A stretch of 64,000 bases of DNA, taken from Squalus acanthias (taxonomy: Eukaryota). The position numbers and the translations under genes were made by a program. Shown one piece after another: positions 23,865 through 36,829 of this stretch. Positions within the stretch are counted from its first letter, which is position 1, and the number at the start of each line of letters is the position of its first letter. The stretch lies in assembly GCA_030390025.1 (NCBI GenBank), contig CM059438.1:62808001-62872000 (forward strand). Direction: 5' to 3'. Under the pieces are notes generated by a model that made no database searches, was not told the DNA's origin, and saw only the letters and a program-made list of their open reading frames with translations.

Positions 23865-24495
23865 CTCTGCTCCTTGTCACTGACTCCATCCCCCTCCCCA
23901 GCCACTCATTCAGGTTGAACCAGACAGTGCGAGACCTTGACCTCTCTTTGATCCAGAGCTGAGCTCCAAACACTGCATCCTACCCATCGCCACAACTTCC
24001 TGTTTCCATCCCTGCAACACTGCCTGTTTCTGCTCCTCCCTCCACTCCTGCACTGCCAAACCCTGTGTTCCTGCATTTGTCACCGACGCAATATTATTCT
24101 CCAGTGCCCTCTTTCTGGCTCCCAACCTCCATAACTTCTGACTTGTCCAAAACTTAGCCGCTCTCATTCTTTTCTGCACTCAGTCCTGTTCACCCATTTT
24201 CACAAGCTAACTTTGGCTGCGTGCGCACCCCCCGCCCCCCCCAACACTTTTTTTAAAGTTAGAATCTTCGTCGGTATCTTCAAATCCCTTCACGATCTCA
24301 GCCCAACTTCCTGCAACCTCCTCCAGTTTTATACCCCCTCCTGCATCCTTTTGACTCTGGGATTTTGTGCGTGCCCAGCCCCTTCGCCTCGCCATTGGTG
24401 GCAGAACCTTTAGCTGCCTCGTCTCATTCTCTGGAAAGTCTCTCTTAACCCCGCCACCTCTTGCTTCTCTCCCCACCTTGAAAAGCCACCTCAAT
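23865..24495 (+). mobile_element. Decayed L2-like LINE 3' region
   Basis: Pyrimidine-rich; shares segments with 25895-25990, 26490-26730, 43332-43675 and 58880-59235. Confidence 0.6.
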
Positions 24496-24894
24496 ACACT
24501 ATGTGCAGTTGTAGAAAATTAATGTCTGATGCCTTTGAACTGATAGAATCCACTTTAGAATTTTTAATACAATATTTCTTATATACTGTGGCCTTTGTGC
24601 AGGCTTCAGTGTTCTATTTCCTACACCAACCTTAATAAACTCTTCTCCCTTTTTGCTACAACTTAGTTTCTGGATTTCACACGTGCATTAAAGGAAGCCT
24701 TCTGTTGCACACCTCATAGTTTTGAACCAGTTAGTCCCCCCCAGATCATCCTGCCAGATCAATCAGTCAGTCAGTGTCTTACTGGCATGGTCACGCCTCC
24801 TTTATGCTTTGCGACGATTCCATCAAAACGTACCTGTCAATCAGTCAGTGTCCAGGTAACGGGAGCCCGTCCCCTTTCAGAATTGGAACATTAT

Positions 24895-25622
24895 GGCCCA
24901 GAAATTAAAGACGGAGCCTTCCTGCGGGGGTAAGGCTTCCCCGCGATATCTCACTGTGCGCCTGCCTTTTCCCTCCGAGCTCACACGAACTTTAGTTTCA
25001 AGGCTGCAGCTGTGCAGTGTGTGCGTATCCCACAGACGCAGTTAATTCGTGCGAGCTGTGGGATCACGTGATTCAGTTAGAGCCAATGGCAGCACACCAT
25101 CTTTCATTCATAGTTTTGACAGCAAGGGCTGTCAAAGCTATGAATCTATACCCCCCCAAAAGAACAGCTAAACCCCAATTAAATTTTTTTTAAAAACCAC
25201 CACATTAATGAAATAAGTATAGTTAAATAAATTAACCACTTTAAACAAAAAATTAAATTTTTGAAAAATTTAAAATCTTTTTAAAAGTTATTAAAATAAA
25301 CTTACCTTTCTTTAAAGTCTCTAAAAAAGATAAACCTGTTGAATTTTTAAAAAAATAATACTTAATTAACTACTTACCTTGTTAAAAGAGGCTCTTACGC
25401 CTCCTTTCTTTATGTGCAAAATCTTCCATGCTTACCTGCGAGTTCAAAGCACTAAGTGCACTGCTGCGCGCACGCGGTTCACTTAGGAACCGCCCCCTTT
25501 TGAGTTCACCAAGTGCCGGTTTTCAGCGCATGCGCAGTGCATGCAGAAAACCGGCAATTGGAGACATAATACGCGAGAGTACACAGTGCGTACTCTCGCG
25601 TACTAAGACTAATTTTTGGGCC
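24895..25622. mobile_element. Harbinger-type MITE, 728 bp
   Basis: TIR GGCCCAGAAATT / AATTTTTGGGCC, TSD TAT; homologous to 55430-56181. Confidence 0.8.
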
Positions 25623-26011
25623 TATACATCTATAGAGGCGCGCAGGCAGAGTTCACTTTTTTTCCCCCTGTACAGAGGTTCTGGTTTGGAATTAATCAAC
25701 TGTTCAGCTCACAAGTTTACTGAGCTGCACCGCGAGATCGCGAGTTGGGGGGGGGATTTTCATTAAAAATCGCGTGTCTCTCAATTAAATCGCGAGAGTT
25801 GGCATTGCTATATTGGCGTGATGATGTGCAGCATTTGCAGGTGAATGATCGATTGTGCCGCACCGTAAATGACAACGCAGTTCTGGCACTGTGAATTTGA
25901 TCCCGAGCTGAGCTCCAAACACCGCATGCTACTCATCACCACAACTTCTTGTTTCCGTCTCTGCAACGCTGCCTAGTTTCTGCTCCTACCTCGACTGGCC
26001 CCGAGTAGCTC

Positions 26012-26330
26012 GTCAGCTGTGGCTCAGTGGGTAGCACTTTCGCTTCTGAGTCAGACGGTTGTGGGTTCGTAGTCCCACTCCACGAGACTTGAGCACAAAC
26101 ATCTCGGCTGACGCTCCAATGCAGCGCTGAGGGAGTGCTGCACTGTTGGAGGTGCTGACTTTCGGATGAGACGTTAAACCGAGGCCCCGTCTGCGCTCTC
26201 AGGTGGACGCAAGAGACCCAATGGCTGTTACGTTTCCTACATTACAACAGTGACTACGCTTCAGAAGTACTTCATTGGCTGTAAAGCGCTTTGGGACGTC
26301 CGGTGGTCGTGGACAGCGCTATATAAATGG
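26012..26330 (+). mobile_element. Deu-domain SINE, family A, internally deleted
   Basis: Head and start of core joined directly to the tail near 26225. Confidence 0.85.
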
Positions 26331-26489
26331 AAAACTTTTATTTACTTCTTAATATACATTCAATAAGGAAAGCTTGGTACCCTGACGACACAAATTTAAA
26401 ATCTCTTTTTTGTGAAGATGTAAAAGGCTGCAGTGTTGCTGTGGTGCTCGAGTGTCTACACCTGAGACAGATTGCTATTTGCACCTCAC

Positions 26490-26730
26490 CGACACGGATA
26501 GTTTTCATCGCTCCCCCTTTGGCGGCTGTGCCTTCAGCTGCTTAGGCCCTAAGGTCTGAAATTCCCTCCCTAAACCTCTAGCGCTCTCTTCTCCTTTTAA
26601 GTCGCTCCTTAAAACCTAAAACCTGTCTTTTAAATATCTTTTTTTGTGGCTGGGTGTCAAATTCTTGTCTGATAACGCCTCGGGATGTTTTTACTACACT
26701 AAAGGTGCTATATAAATGCAAGTTGTTGTT
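26490..26730 (+). mobile_element. L2-like LINE 3' end
   Basis: GGCGGCTGTGCCTTCAGCTG..AAAGGTGCTATATAAATGCAAGTTGTTGTT. Confidence 0.7.
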
Positions 26731-26744
26731 ACTGTTGACTTTTT

Positions 26745-27175
26745 AATTCATTCTCGGGATGTGAAACAAAGCCAGCATTTTATTGCCCATTCCTCGTAGC
26801 CCTCGAGAAGGTGGTGGTGAGTCGCCCTCTTGAACTGCTGCAGTCCGTGTGGTGAAGGTACTCCCACAGTGTAGTGGTTTGATACAACTGAGTGGCTGGC
26901 TAGGCCATTTCAGAGGTGCAGTTAAGAGTCATTGCTGTGGGCCTGGAGTCACATATAGGCCAGACCGGGTAAGGGCGGCAGATTTCCTTCCCTAAAGGAC
27001 ATTAGTGAACCAGATGGATTTTTACGACAATCTTCATGGTCACCATTACTGATGCCGGCTTTTTATTCCAGATTTATTTAATTAACTGAATTCAAATTCA
27101 CAAACTCACATTTTCGAATGATTAGTCCAGGCCTCTGGGATACTAGTCCAGTAAGATGGCCACTATGCTACCGCA
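26745..27175 (-). mobile_element. SINE family B
   Basis: Reverse complement of the 22134-22540 family. Confidence 0.8.
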
Positions 27176-27468
27176 TCAGTAAATGACTGATGAGTGGAAA
27201 TAAATGCTTCAGTTGGAGTTTCATGACCAAAATAAAAGTTGTGTATTGCAGTCACCTCCTTATTTCCGTGTGGGTAATGTCAGGCCGTGTCCAATTAATA
27301 GAGAAAATCACGTTAACAGCAAGCCCCTTATGGTCTGGCACTTCTCTCTGCTGTAATTTTCACAAATTAGTCAGCACATTAAATTTCATGAAGTGGTGAA
27401 AAATGGACGATAACCCTGAATTAGATAAAGAATCTGAAAGAGTGACTACATGTTAATGAGAAATTCTG

Positions 27469-27570
27469 TATATATCTATCTATATCTATCTATATCTATC
27501 TATATCTATCTATCTATATCTATCTATATCTATCTATATCTATCTATATCTATCTATATCTATCTATATC
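27469..27570. repeat. (TATATCTATC)n simple repeat
   Basis: Direct inspection. Confidence 0.95.
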
Positions 27571-30164
27571 ATATTAAAAATATTGAGACTAGCTGTTTGT
27601 CGTCTCCCGTTTCCTGTAGTTAAGATTTAGTCACACTTTTGTGACATTTTGTGAGGTCACTCCTAAAATGTAACACCTGCTCCTATTACTTTTAATAGCT
27701 AATGCCTGCTGTTCACTCCTCCCACTATTGGGTGGCGCTAGGCACGAGACACCCAGCTCAGCCCAGCATTTTGTGGGTTTTTTCAACCGAGTTTCTCCCC
27801 GCCCCTCCCCCCCCCCCGTCGGATAAATTAATTTAAAATTTAGAATTTTCTGATATTTTTGATTTCAGCTGAATGACTTTGCTCGTTGCTGAACCAGGTC
27901 CTGTGTCATCTCCTTCACTTGCGTGTGAGCCTTCAGGTACCAGTAAACTACAGCTTTGCCCGCCCCCTACCCCCCCCCCCCCCCCCCATTTCAGCTGGCC
28001 TTCCAGCTCTGCCCCACTACTGAGTTCTAGGGAGCTTTAGGTCCTGCTCCCGGTTTTGCCACACTCCCTTTTTTTCCGCCATCCACCCTGTTCTCCGCCA
28101 TCCTGTGTCCAGTTCTGCTTCAACGGCCCTTTCAAAAAAAAAAAATCTTGTCTGCCTTCAGCCACCCTTTCTGGTTTCCCCCCCCCCCCGCCAACTTTTC
28201 CTGGCCCTGACTCTTAAAATCTTTCTTCTGGGCTTCCTCGGGGCTTTCTGTTCTTTTCCTGGCTCTGACTCTTCAAACATTTCCGCGGGCCCATCCCAGA
28301 CCCCACTCTCACTGGCCAATCTTGGCTGGTAGGGGATATGGATCAAACGGGTCACTGCACAGAGAATGAGGGGCAGGGGAAGGGAACTAAGCTGCCATAA
28401 GGGCATGGAATGGAGCCCAAGCAGCTTAAAGTAATTTGGCTTCGGGGTTCAGATGATGGGGCAGGGAGCGAGGAAGTGTGAATGAAGGGGGGATGGTGCC
28501 TGCGTTAGAGATGGACAGCACATGATAACAAGTGAGGCGTAAGATGACATGGCAGCAATGGGTTAGCCAATATTCAGGCTGGTAGTGCAAGGTGTTAGTA
28601 ACACGCTGGGAATGAAGGTGTAGTACAAGAGGGAAGCGGTAGTGTGGAGACAGTGTGAGATGGACAACGCAGAGCTGTTTCTGCGAGTGGGAAGCTGTAC
28701 GGAGTGCAATGGCGTAAGGGCGTTCCATGAACCAAGAGGGTCAGGTTACACAGGAGAGTGAGTGAAAGCAACCCCCAGGTCCCACGAACTGCATTTCTCC
28801 CACACCTGCCACCTGAGAAATGTGACTTGCAGCCTTCCACAACTCCTTTCCCTACCACAGCACCCACCACCTCCTCTCTTGAAGAGATAATCAGACCAGA
28901 AACAGATAAGCAGAAAAAATAAACATAAATATAAGTCAAGGAGAGTACATAAGCAGAACATAAAATTTGCATAGTGTTTTTCTGTGCAGTAATTTCTGTT
29001 TGACCCAGCCAGTCCACATTGGTGTTTACCGTCCACACGAGCAGTAGTCTGAATCCCATGTGCTCGTCCAGTTCGCATGTGACACAAGGCAACCGTAACG
29101 CAAATGTGACCGAGGCAGGTAATTTCTTGTTTGCAATGCCATGGGATGATCCACTTCTAATACTATAAAATTGTTACATGTAGCTTGCGTTGCCTGTCAC
29201 ACTTGTCGGGTAGGGGAAGAGGAGAAAAGTATGAAGAAGCAAAGGCAGTTATTTGACACAGGAGCCAGAATATCTGTCTATTGCAGGTCAGTGGCACAAT
29301 CCCACTTAAAAATAAAGCCAATCATTTGGCGCTGAGATCAGCTACTGATCCTGTGACCTGCCAGGTTTGCCTCTGCTCCTCACTAACCTGAGACTTCCCG
29401 GGTGTGTATGGCTCTGTTCTTCACTGGCCTGTGACCTCCCGGGTACGTATGGCTGCTCTTCACTGACCTGTGACTTCTCGGGTGTGTCTAACCCTGTTCC
29501 ACACTGGGCAGTGCAACTACCAACCGAGGCATCGGGATTGTTTGTGGCTTTAATTTGTTTGTAAAATGAATTACTCTGAATCATATGTTCATCAGATAGG
29601 GGTAGTGCTTCACCCTTGTAAAGAAATAATCTTCATTGTTCCCATGAACCAACACCATTCCTTGAAGGGGAGTTGTCAGTGCTGTAATCGGCTGCTGCGA
29701 CACAAAGTGAGCTGGGGTGATTTGCCTTGCCTTGTCATTAGGAGGTGACACATGCTATAAGGAGACTGAAGGGGCAGGCGGAAAGGTCAATTCTTTTTAG
29801 TTTACTTCAAAAAAGGTTTTGGAATAAAACCAGAAAACAGTCAAACCAGGCACCAAGCCCGTCAGTTAGGATAACATTTCAGGTGGGATCTTTAAAGAAA
29901 TCATCTTGTGTTGGAAAGTGCATTAGAATAGGTGCGTTATTATTATGGTGGGTACATTAGTCCTCAAATTAATCATGCTTGTATGAGTCTAATTGCAGGA
30001 GCGTTCCTAACTGGTGTCTTGCAATGGACCAGTTGAATGTAACTTGAGCTGTGTAAAACCTGAGGGCTGCAAAATAAAATGCAATTGAAAATGCCCAATT
30101 TTTAATTAGTTTGCAGGCCTGTACAAGGAGATCGGTTTATTTTACAGACCCTTCTTCCTTGGAC

Positions 30165-30495
30165 AGAGACATAGGAACATGACTAGGCTATGTAGCCCCT
30201 CAAACCTCTTCTGCCATTCAGTGAGATCATGGCTGATCTGTGACCTAATTCCATATACCCGCCTTTGCCCCATATCCCTTAATACTTTTGTTTAACAAGC
30301 TATCAATCTCAGATATAAAATTAACAATTGACTCAGCATCAACTGCCGTTTGCAGAAGAGAGTTCCAAACTTCTGCTATTTGTGTGTAGAAGTGTTTCCT
30401 AACTTCACTCCAGAAAGATCTGGCTCTAATTTTTAGGCTATGACCCCTAATCTTAAGACTCCCTAACCAGTGGAAATAGTTTCTGTCTACCCCAT
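30165..30495 (-). mobile_element. CR1 3' end
   Basis: Minus strand IRGHSLKIRAR..RKHFYTQ..WNSL..KGYG plus tail. Confidence 0.8.
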
Positions 30496-30939
30496 CAGGT
30501 CCCGCCTTTGGAAAAAGGTAAACGCTGAAGGTAGAAAAATGGGGCCACAGGTTCAAATGATGAAAGGTCAATTTAGGGCTGATGTCAGGAACATAATTCA
30601 GAGCGATCAACTCGAGGAATGGACTTCTGGGTAAGTAATGAAGGCAAAAGTGGCAGGATCGTTGAGATCGCTAACTCCTAAGGGACAGTGTGGTTTTCTG
30701 GATGAATGAACTAAGCTGGGCTGAATGATCTTCCTCATATATATTTATATTGTGACTCAAAAATATTTTTCAAAAAAAGCTATTCAGCTGTTAACAATCA
30801 GGGAGTGGTAATTGCCTCTTGCAATTTTCTAGGTTTTAATACCACTTAATTCAGTTTCAGTTTCATTTTCAAGCCCAAGGCTAGACTGTTGAACAATATG
30901 TTGGTTGTGTTTGCTGTCGTTGGCAGTATTTTTACAATA

Positions 30940-32165
30940 GTGAGAAGGTAACAAGGAGGGTCGATGAGGGTAGTGCGTTTGATGTAGTCTATATGGATTT
31001 TAGCTAGGCTTTTGATAAGGTACCACATGGCAGACTGGTCACGAAAGGAAAAGCCCATGGGATCCAAGGCAAAGTGGCAAGTTAGATCCAAAATTGGCTC
31101 AGAGGCAGGAAACAAAGGGTAATGGTCAAAGGGTGTTTTTGTGACTGGAAGGCTGTTTCCAGTGGGGTTCCGCAGGGTTCAGTACTGGGTCCTTTGCTTT
31201 TTGTGGTATGTATCAATGATTTGGACTTGAATGTAGGAAGTATGATTAAGAAGTTTGCAGATGATACAAAAATTGGCTGTGTGGTTGATAATGAAGAAGA
31301 AAGCTGCAGACTGCAGGAAGATATCAATGGACTGGTCAGGTGGGCAGAACAGTGGCAAATGGAATTCAATCTGGAGAAGTGTGAGGTAATGCATTTGGGG
31401 TGGGCTAACAAGGCAAGGGAATACACTATAAATGGTAGGACACTGAAGTGCAGAAGATCAGAGGGACCTTGGAGTGCATGTCCACAGATCCCTGAAGGTA
31501 GCAGGACAGGTAGATAAGGTGGTTAAGAAGGCATATGGGAAACTTGCCTTTATTAGTCGAGGCATAGAATATAAGAACAGAGGTTATGCTTGAACTGTAT
31601 AAAACACTAGTTAGGCCGCAGCTAGAATACTGCGTGCAGTTCTGGTCACCACATTACCAGAAGGATGTGATTGCACTAGAGAGGATGCAGAGGAGATTTA
31701 CAAGGATGTTGCCTGGGCTGGGGAATTTTAGCTATGAGGAAAGACTGGATAGGCTGGGGTTGTTTTCTTTGGAACAGAGGAGGCTGAGGGGAGACCTAAT
31801 TGAGGTGTATAAAATTATGAGGGGCTTAGATAGAGTGGATAGGAAGGACCTATTTCCCTTAGCAGAAGGGTCAATAACCAGGGGGCATAGATTTAAAGTA
31901 ATTGGTCGGAGGATTAGAGAGGAGAAATGTTTCCACCCAGAGGGTGGTGGGGGGGTTTGGAACTCACTGCCTGAAAGGGTGGTAGAGGCAGAAACCCTTA
32001 TCACATTTAAAAAGTACTTGAAGTGCTGTAACCTACAGGGCTACGGACCAAGAGCTGGAAAGTGGGATTAGGGTGGCTAGCTCTTTGTCGGCTGGCACGG
32101 ACAAGATGGGCCGAATGGCCTCCTTCTGTGCCGTAAATTTCTGTGATTCTATGATTTTATGATTC
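30940..32165 (+). mobile_element. 5'-truncated CR1 LINE with frameshifted RT
   Basis: ORFs 31122-31517 (GVPQGSVLGP, FADDTK) and 31586-32071; (GATTCTAT)n-like tail. Confidence 0.92.
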
Positions 32166-32695
32166 TCTGCTCTCCTTACAACAGGAAGACTTCATCGTCG
32201 ACTCATTAGAACTTTCAGGCAGCGTCATCTATTTTGAGAGTAAATGCATCTTTTTAAAAAATTCTCCCCTTTCTTTTTGCTGGACAAGCGAGCAACCTGC
32301 TTCAAAGTTTCTACCAGTGGCTGCCTAAAGTCGCCTCTTAGTGGATGAGAGCGGCCTATATGATCCTCCAGTTCTCCACACCCCCCCCCCCCCCCCAGTG
32401 CTTGCCTTTTGATTGTTGGGCCCCACAGGGACACAACTGAGATTAGGAGCTCTGTGTACGGCATGAACTTGTGTTCTGCTGCTTCACAAGAGAGTTCGGG
32501 CTGCGACTGTGCACGGTTTTACACATGACCCTTCATTATAGACACTGCCTGAAGTCTAAGACTGAACTGTTGACTTAAGTCAGTGCAGTGCACAGGGCTT
32601 CTGATGCTCGCCCAGCACATGGGAGAAGAGTGGGAAATAAATCAGTGGATCAGTCAACGGGTATGATAGTGTAGTGTCCATGGAGAGAGAAACAG

Positions 32696-32732
32696 AGTTA
32701 ACGTTTCAGGTCGAAGACCTTTTGTCAGAACT
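32696..32732 (-). ncRNA. Hammerhead motif with mutated core (CTGACAA)
   Basis: Same layout as 16216-16252 with G8 changed to A. Confidence 0.55.
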
Positions 32733-33325
32733 GGGGGAAAAAATCAGGAAATGAAATAGATTTAAAGCAAATAGACCAAACGCAGATTGGGTGACCGCTT
32801 TGCGGAACACCTCCGTTCAGTCCGTAAGGGGGACCCCGAGCTCCCGGTGGCCTGTCACTTTAATTCTCCGCTCCACTCCACTCTGACCTCACCGTCCTCG
32901 GCCTCTTGCATTGTTCCACGGAAGCTCAGCGTAAGCTTGAGGAACAGCACCTCATCTTTCGTTTAGGCACCCTACAGCCCTCTGGACTCAATATCGAGTT
33001 CAACAATTTTAGATCATAACCTCGGCCCCCATCACATTTATATTTTATTTTTTCATCCACCCTTTTGTTTGGCCCCCCCTTTTTTTCCCCTCCCAGAAGC
33101 TGGCAGCTGTCCTTCATTCTGCCAGCGCATTTCACACTTCATCTAGCCTCAACCTGTCACATTACCACCTCCTCTTGCCTTGATTATCTCTTAATGTCTC
33201 TCAATGTCTCTTAATCTCTCCTGCTTTCTATCCTACCACTGACCTTCCCTTTTGTTCTTTCAATCCCTCCCCCTTTTCCCAGCATTATACTTGCTTTAAA
33301 TCTATTTCATTTCCTGCTTTTTTCC

Positions 33326-33362
33326 AGTTCTGACAAAAGGTCTTCGACCTGAAACGTTAACT
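33326..33362 (+). ncRNA. Hammerhead motif with mutated core (CTGACAA)
   Basis: AGTT-CTGACAA-A-AGGTC ttc GACCT-GAAA-CGTT-AACT. Confidence 0.55.
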
Positions 33363-33459
33363 CTGTTTCTCTCTCCACGGATGCTGCCTGGCCTGCTGAG
33401 TTTTTCCAGCGTTTTCTGTTGTTATTTCGGATTTCCAGCATCCGCAGTATTTTGCTATC

Positions 33460-33790
33460 ATGATAGCGTAGTGGTTGTGTTACTGGACTAGTAATCCAGA
33501 GAGTGCAAGTTCACATTACACCATTAGGAATTTGAATTAAATAGCTGGTATCAGTAAAAGTGACCACGAAGCTGTCTGATTGTCATAAAACTCTCAACGG
33601 ATTCATTTTAGGTAAGGAAACCTATCGTCCTTACCCGGTCTGGCCTATATAGCCCAGGCCCACACTAATGTGGTTGATTCTTAACTGCCCTCTGAAGTGG
33701 CCCACTCAGTTGTATCAAACAGGGCAACGAGGAATGAGTAATAAATGCCAGGCTTGCTGATGGCGCCCACATCCTGAAAATGAATTTTTT
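33460..33790 (+). mobile_element. SINE family B, head interrupted by the Penelope insertion
   Basis: TAGCGTAGTGGTT..CTGGACTAGTAATCCAG head; family B body and tail. Confidence 0.8.
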
Positions 33791-34694
33791 TTTAAATTCA
33801 CCTCATCAGGCACAAACATTTGATAATGTAGCAGTGGGTATAATTTGAGGGTGGAAAAGCACCTTTTCAAATGGGGAATTCAAAGAAGTGAACAGAGGGG
33901 ACAGAAAATAGATGGAAGGAAATTTCTAATGTGTGTGGTGTGATTTTGCTCCTTTGCCAAATAGGATTTAAAGCCTTGAATGTACTTACAAACAAGTACG
34001 TGTGGACAGTGTGTGTTGATTGGAAACTATCTTTTATTTAATGTCTACCGTTACAGCAAGATGCAGATGCTGTTTAGCAGCACAAATAATGTGAATGCTG
34101 CAGGGAATTCATTGCACAATCATTGACCAGAGGAAGTCTTTACTATCTGATATTTTATGTGTGTATTTACAGTTCACTGGGACTGTTATCAGAACCAGTT
34201 CCAACTTGTGCTCGTTTACATTTTCCAAGAGGAAACCGCCCTATCCGAGAGTCAATCGGCTGTTTACATAAAGGCAATAAATGCTGGTACCCGATTGCCT
34301 AACTATGACGGTCGGCAATATCAGTTTTTATTTATAGTTACTAGTGTCGGTCAGAATTGCTGTTGTCATCGTGACTGGCTCATGACTGCTTCAACCCAGC
34401 AACGACACAAAGTGCCCGTGTGGATGTTGACCAGCAGCACAAATTTGTAATAAAAAACACCTGTTTTGAGCATGCCAGCAGATTGTCCAGTCTTGCTTAT
34501 TCTCAGTGAGATTCAGGGGCTCCCCAACAGCTGGTTCATCGAACTGTCCCCCAACCTTGCAAAAAAGCCTACGCAGTTACGAAACCACTTCTAGCTCCAA
34601 AACTTGCAGTCAGTTTAAAGATGGAAGCAAACCGTAAGGCCTCTCCTGGGTATGGGGCCAGTGGCAATGCAGGCGACGAAATGCAGTTCTTGTT

Positions 34695-35063
34695 ATAGAG
34701 TCATAACGGCACAGAAGGAGGCCATTCGGCCCATCGAGTCCGTGCCGGCTCTTTGGAGAGCAATCCAGTCAGTCCCATTCCCCCGCTCTATCCCCGTAGC
34801 CCTGCAAGTTTATTTCCCTCAAGTGCCTATCCAGTCTCCCCTTGAAAACATTGAGTGTCTCCGCTTCCACCACTTCCGTCGGCAGCGAGTTCCAGGTCCT
34901 CCCCACTCACTGCGTAAAAAAGTTTTTCCTCACATTTCCCCCCCCGTATCTCTTGCCCAAAACCTTACATCTGTGTCCCCTAGTCCTTGTGCGGTCAACT
35001 AGTGGGAACAGCCTTTCCCCGTCTAGCCTATCCAAACCCGTCATAATCTTGTACACCTCTATT
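34695..35063 (-). mobile_element. CR1 3' fragment
   Basis: Antisense CR1 tail and RT C-terminal coding. Confidence 0.8.
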
Positions 35064-35264
35064 TGTTGACGTCCCCTCGTTGCTAATTTTTTTGGTTTAA
35101 CTCACCAACTCTCCTGCGCTTTTCTTTTCCTCCCCTGGTGAGCCTTGACCCTCCACTCACGTTTCCCAGTTAAGGAAAAAGCCGTTGACCACAGCAGGAG
35201 CAGTGATTTCATCGTATGGCTTGTGCAGAAGTTGCCATATTGTTTGTGGACCCAAGTAACTCAT

Positions 35265-35598
35265 TTAAAATAAAAACTAGAAAGTGCTGGAAAACACTCA
35301 GCTGGTCAGGCGGCATCTGTGGAGAGAGAAACAGAGTTAACGTTTCAGGTCGCTGACCTTTCATCAGAACTGGAAGATGTTGGAGATGAACATCTTTTAG
35401 GCAAATACAGAGCCAGGGAAAAGGGGTGATGAAGGGTGGGGGGAGGGGGGAGAACAAAAGGGAGAGGTCTGTGCCCGGGTGGAGGGCAGGAGCGATTAAA
35501 AGCCAAAAGGGATGATGGCACAAGGGGGCGATAATGGGACAAACATGGAAACCAAAAATTAGATCCAGAGGAGGTGTAAATGGCGACAGAATGTCCAA
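35265..35598 (-). mobile_element. Penelope-like terminal repeat fragment
   Basis: Reverse complement similar to 16050-16320. Confidence 0.8.
35335..35371 (-). ncRNA. Minimal type I hammerhead ribozyme motif, intact core
   Basis: Minus strand AGTT-CTGATGA-A-AGGTC agc GACCT-GAAA-CGTT-AACT. Confidence 0.75.
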
Positions 35599-36288
35599 GA
35601 GAAAATGGGAGTTAAGATCTAACTTTAAAACACCGACCTAATTTGTCTGGTTCGAACAAACTGAACTGTGTATTTAGTGGTTGGAACATATAACCAGAGA
35701 CATTTAACCAAAACAAAAATGATAAAAGGTCAGGACAGAGCTCTCGGGTTGCCTTCTCATGGTTGCCTGGCATTTAACAGGAAATATGGCACCAGTGTAT
35801 TTTCGAATTAAGTTGGTCTCAAATTTCTGAATGTTAATTGAAATGTTTAGTCCCCTGTCTCCTTTTTGTTCCATTCTATTCGCATTTACAGAATAGCAGG
35901 CAGTCATGAGCTGCAGTTTTACATGTAGAAAGAATTTTTTTTATGACGTGTTGGAGATTTTTGATTGAAATGAATAAGCACTTCATGCTAAAAGAATAAG
36001 CGCTCTCCGCACAGCCCAGTAAGCAAGCACAATCTCCTGAGGATTTTATTTGCTCTTAAGTAGAGCGCACTTTATACTGCACTAAGTGATACACAGTGGT
36101 TGTTTGTGTTGGTTTACGGATTTTAGCAGCCTGTTGGCACTACTTTGGACTACTGCTTTGTGGCCCTCTCCTCACTGAGGGTGTCGACCGAGCACAATTA
36201 CTTTCCAACCTCTAACTTCTAACCTCGCTTTCTGGGTAATGTCCTAGTGAAATCTACACTTTTTTTCATTTACACTGCACCTTTGGTA

Positions 36289-36623
36289 TCAGCCAGTGGC
36301 TCAGTTGGTAGCACACTCGCCTCTGAGTCAGAAGATTGTGGGTTCAAGTCCTACTCGAGAGACTTGAGCACAAAATTCTAGGCTGACACTCTAGTGCAAT
36401 ACTGAAGGAGTGCTGTACTGTCGGAGGTGCCGTCTTTCGGATGAGACGTTAAACCGTCTGCTTTCTGTCAGGTGGACGTAAAAGATCCCATGGCACTATT
36501 TCGAAGAAGAGCAGGGAAGTTATTGTCCTGGCCAATATTTATCCCTCAATCAACATAACAGAAACAGATTATCTGGTCATTATCACATTGTTGTTTGTGG
36601 GAGCTTGCTGTGCGCAAATTAGC
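36289..36623 (+). mobile_element. Deu-domain SINE, family A, 5' part (continues at 41495)
   Basis: Head and core up to GTGCGCAAATTAGC. Confidence 0.9.
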
Positions 36624-36829
36624 GAGTCAGCAGAGTGCTGAGTTTGGGTAAGTGTGAGAGTTCTTTAATTGTTAGTTCTCTTTAAATCATTCTTGATAAG
36701 AGTACTTAAGCAGTTTAAGTGAAGGGGAAAAGTTACATATTTGGGATTCTGTTGGTTTAAGAAGAGTAAAACAAGGTTACACTGCAGTAGGAGTAAATTG
36801 GCACAGCAGGCAGTGGAAACCAGTTTTCT

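Larger units (their letters stand above)
32677..33459 (+). mobile_element. Penelope-like element with inverted partial terminal repeat at its 5' end
   Basis: 32677-32772 is the reverse complement of about 33290-33381; 32773-33459 matches 15707-16320; flanked by ATGATAG(T/C)GTAGTG repeats. Confidence 0.9.

Noticed and set aside
29345..29490. CRISPR-like spaced repeats (CCTGTGACCTCCCGGGT-like units)
   Set aside because: Degenerate tandem units with no unique spacers and no cas genes, in vertebrate DNA
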